Shown: one piece after another, positions 63,287 through 64,000 of the stretch
How the letters are laid out: every line of letters begins with the position of its first letter
Position numbering within the stretch: the first letter of the stretch is position 1
NCBI RefSeq assembly: GCF_036321535.1
Contig: NC_087437.1
Span: 12,030,001-12,094,000, forward strand
Reading direction: 5' to 3'
Origin: Camelus dromedarius
Taxonomy: Eukaryota
DNA: 64,000 nucleotides
Notes under the pieces: model-generated
The model's database searches: none
The model's input: only the letters and a program-made list of their open reading frames with translations
Told to the model about the DNA's origin: nothing
Program-made: the position numbers and the translations under genes

Positions 63287-63960
63287 CAGTGGCTATTAAT
63301 AACAGTTACACCATCCTGGGGATGGGAGGAGTTAGATATGTGTTGGGGTACTTTGTGGTTGGGGTGTCATAATGTTTGGGGGACTCTATGAGCATTTAGT
63401 CCTGGGATGCTGAACATCCTTCAAATCATGAGAGTCCTATCCAACAGTGTATATATTTGACCTTCAAATGACCTTCCAGAGACTGTCATAAGAAGCCTGT
63501 TTAAAATTATCTGAGCCTACATTGTAACTCTTGTTTACCCATAAACACACACACACACATTAAGAATCTATGTTGAATTGTCCAAGAATGTAACAACCAA
63601 ACAAATTGAAAGAATTTTACTTTGTAAACTTGCACACTTACGTGGACAGTAATGCCACTCCTGTCATTTCAGCTGCCAAAAAACACACAGGTGCTAGTCA
63701 GGATTTGCAGCTGTCACGTTCCTGATGACATTGCATGTCAGTGTACACATCTGCCAGCCTCGTTATCTTCTAGTGGAACTGGACCTGACCGCTTCCATAT
63801 GAAAATATGTATTGCACCTTTGTCGTTTCCTTTCCTTTTGTTTAGCTTTTCTCTTACTGTTAGAAAACTATTACTGATTTTTTTTTAAATTATGTTTGTA
63901 CATAAGTTATGTTTTCTATGAACTTCACTTTAGGGTATTTTATAAATGTTAGTAAAAAAA
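63287..63960 (+). mobile_element. MER20B-like hAT-Charlie element
   Basis: cagtgg...gcatttagtcctgggatgctgaacatcc...cctgtttaaaattatctgagccta...ttgcagctgtcacgttcctgatga...ttttaaattatgtttgta...tctatgaacttcactttagg follows the recalled MER20B consensus along its length. Confidence 0.8.
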
Positions 63961-64000
63961 AAAATTGTACCTTCAGTCTTTCCCTCTTCTCCATGACCTC

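Noticed and set aside
1..64000. CRISPR array, operon or other prokaryote-type novel system; naming the host gene
   Set aside because: Sequence is mammalian repeat-rich non-coding DNA with no regularly spaced repeat-spacer array, and there is no exon from which to identify a gene.

Overview
Mammalian, almost certainly camelid (alpaca/camel) non-coding genomic DNA. It carries two tRNA-derived SINEs of the camelid Vic-1 type and no ruminant Bov-tA or pig PRE-1 SINEs that I could see. I could not support any host protein-coding exon or RNA gene. The recognisable ORFs are transposon fragments (L1 ORF1/ORF2, Tigger1 transposase). The window is a mosaic of old eutherian repeats (MIR, L2, CR1/L3, L1M, Tigger1, hAT MERs, MLT1 and LTR16 LTRs), younger lineage-specific L1 insertions with clear target-site duplications (TSDs), and several repeat-free, homeodomain/SOX-motif-rich blocks that look like conserved enhancers. 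Repeat orientation bias suggests an intron of a large + strand gene, which I cannot name. The most unusual structures are two TSD-bounded chimeric L1 insertions (8046-11268 and 48278-48919). In each, a young L1 has lost its own 3' end and was retrotransposed with the 3' end of an ancient L1M element that appears to supply the polyadenylation site. There are also twin-primed inversions, a Tigger1 with a deletion that removed one TIR, and an old ~220-250 bp tandem duplication. I do not see evidence for a wholly new gene system. Repeat family names come from recalled consensus sequences, and boundaries of old repeats are approximate.
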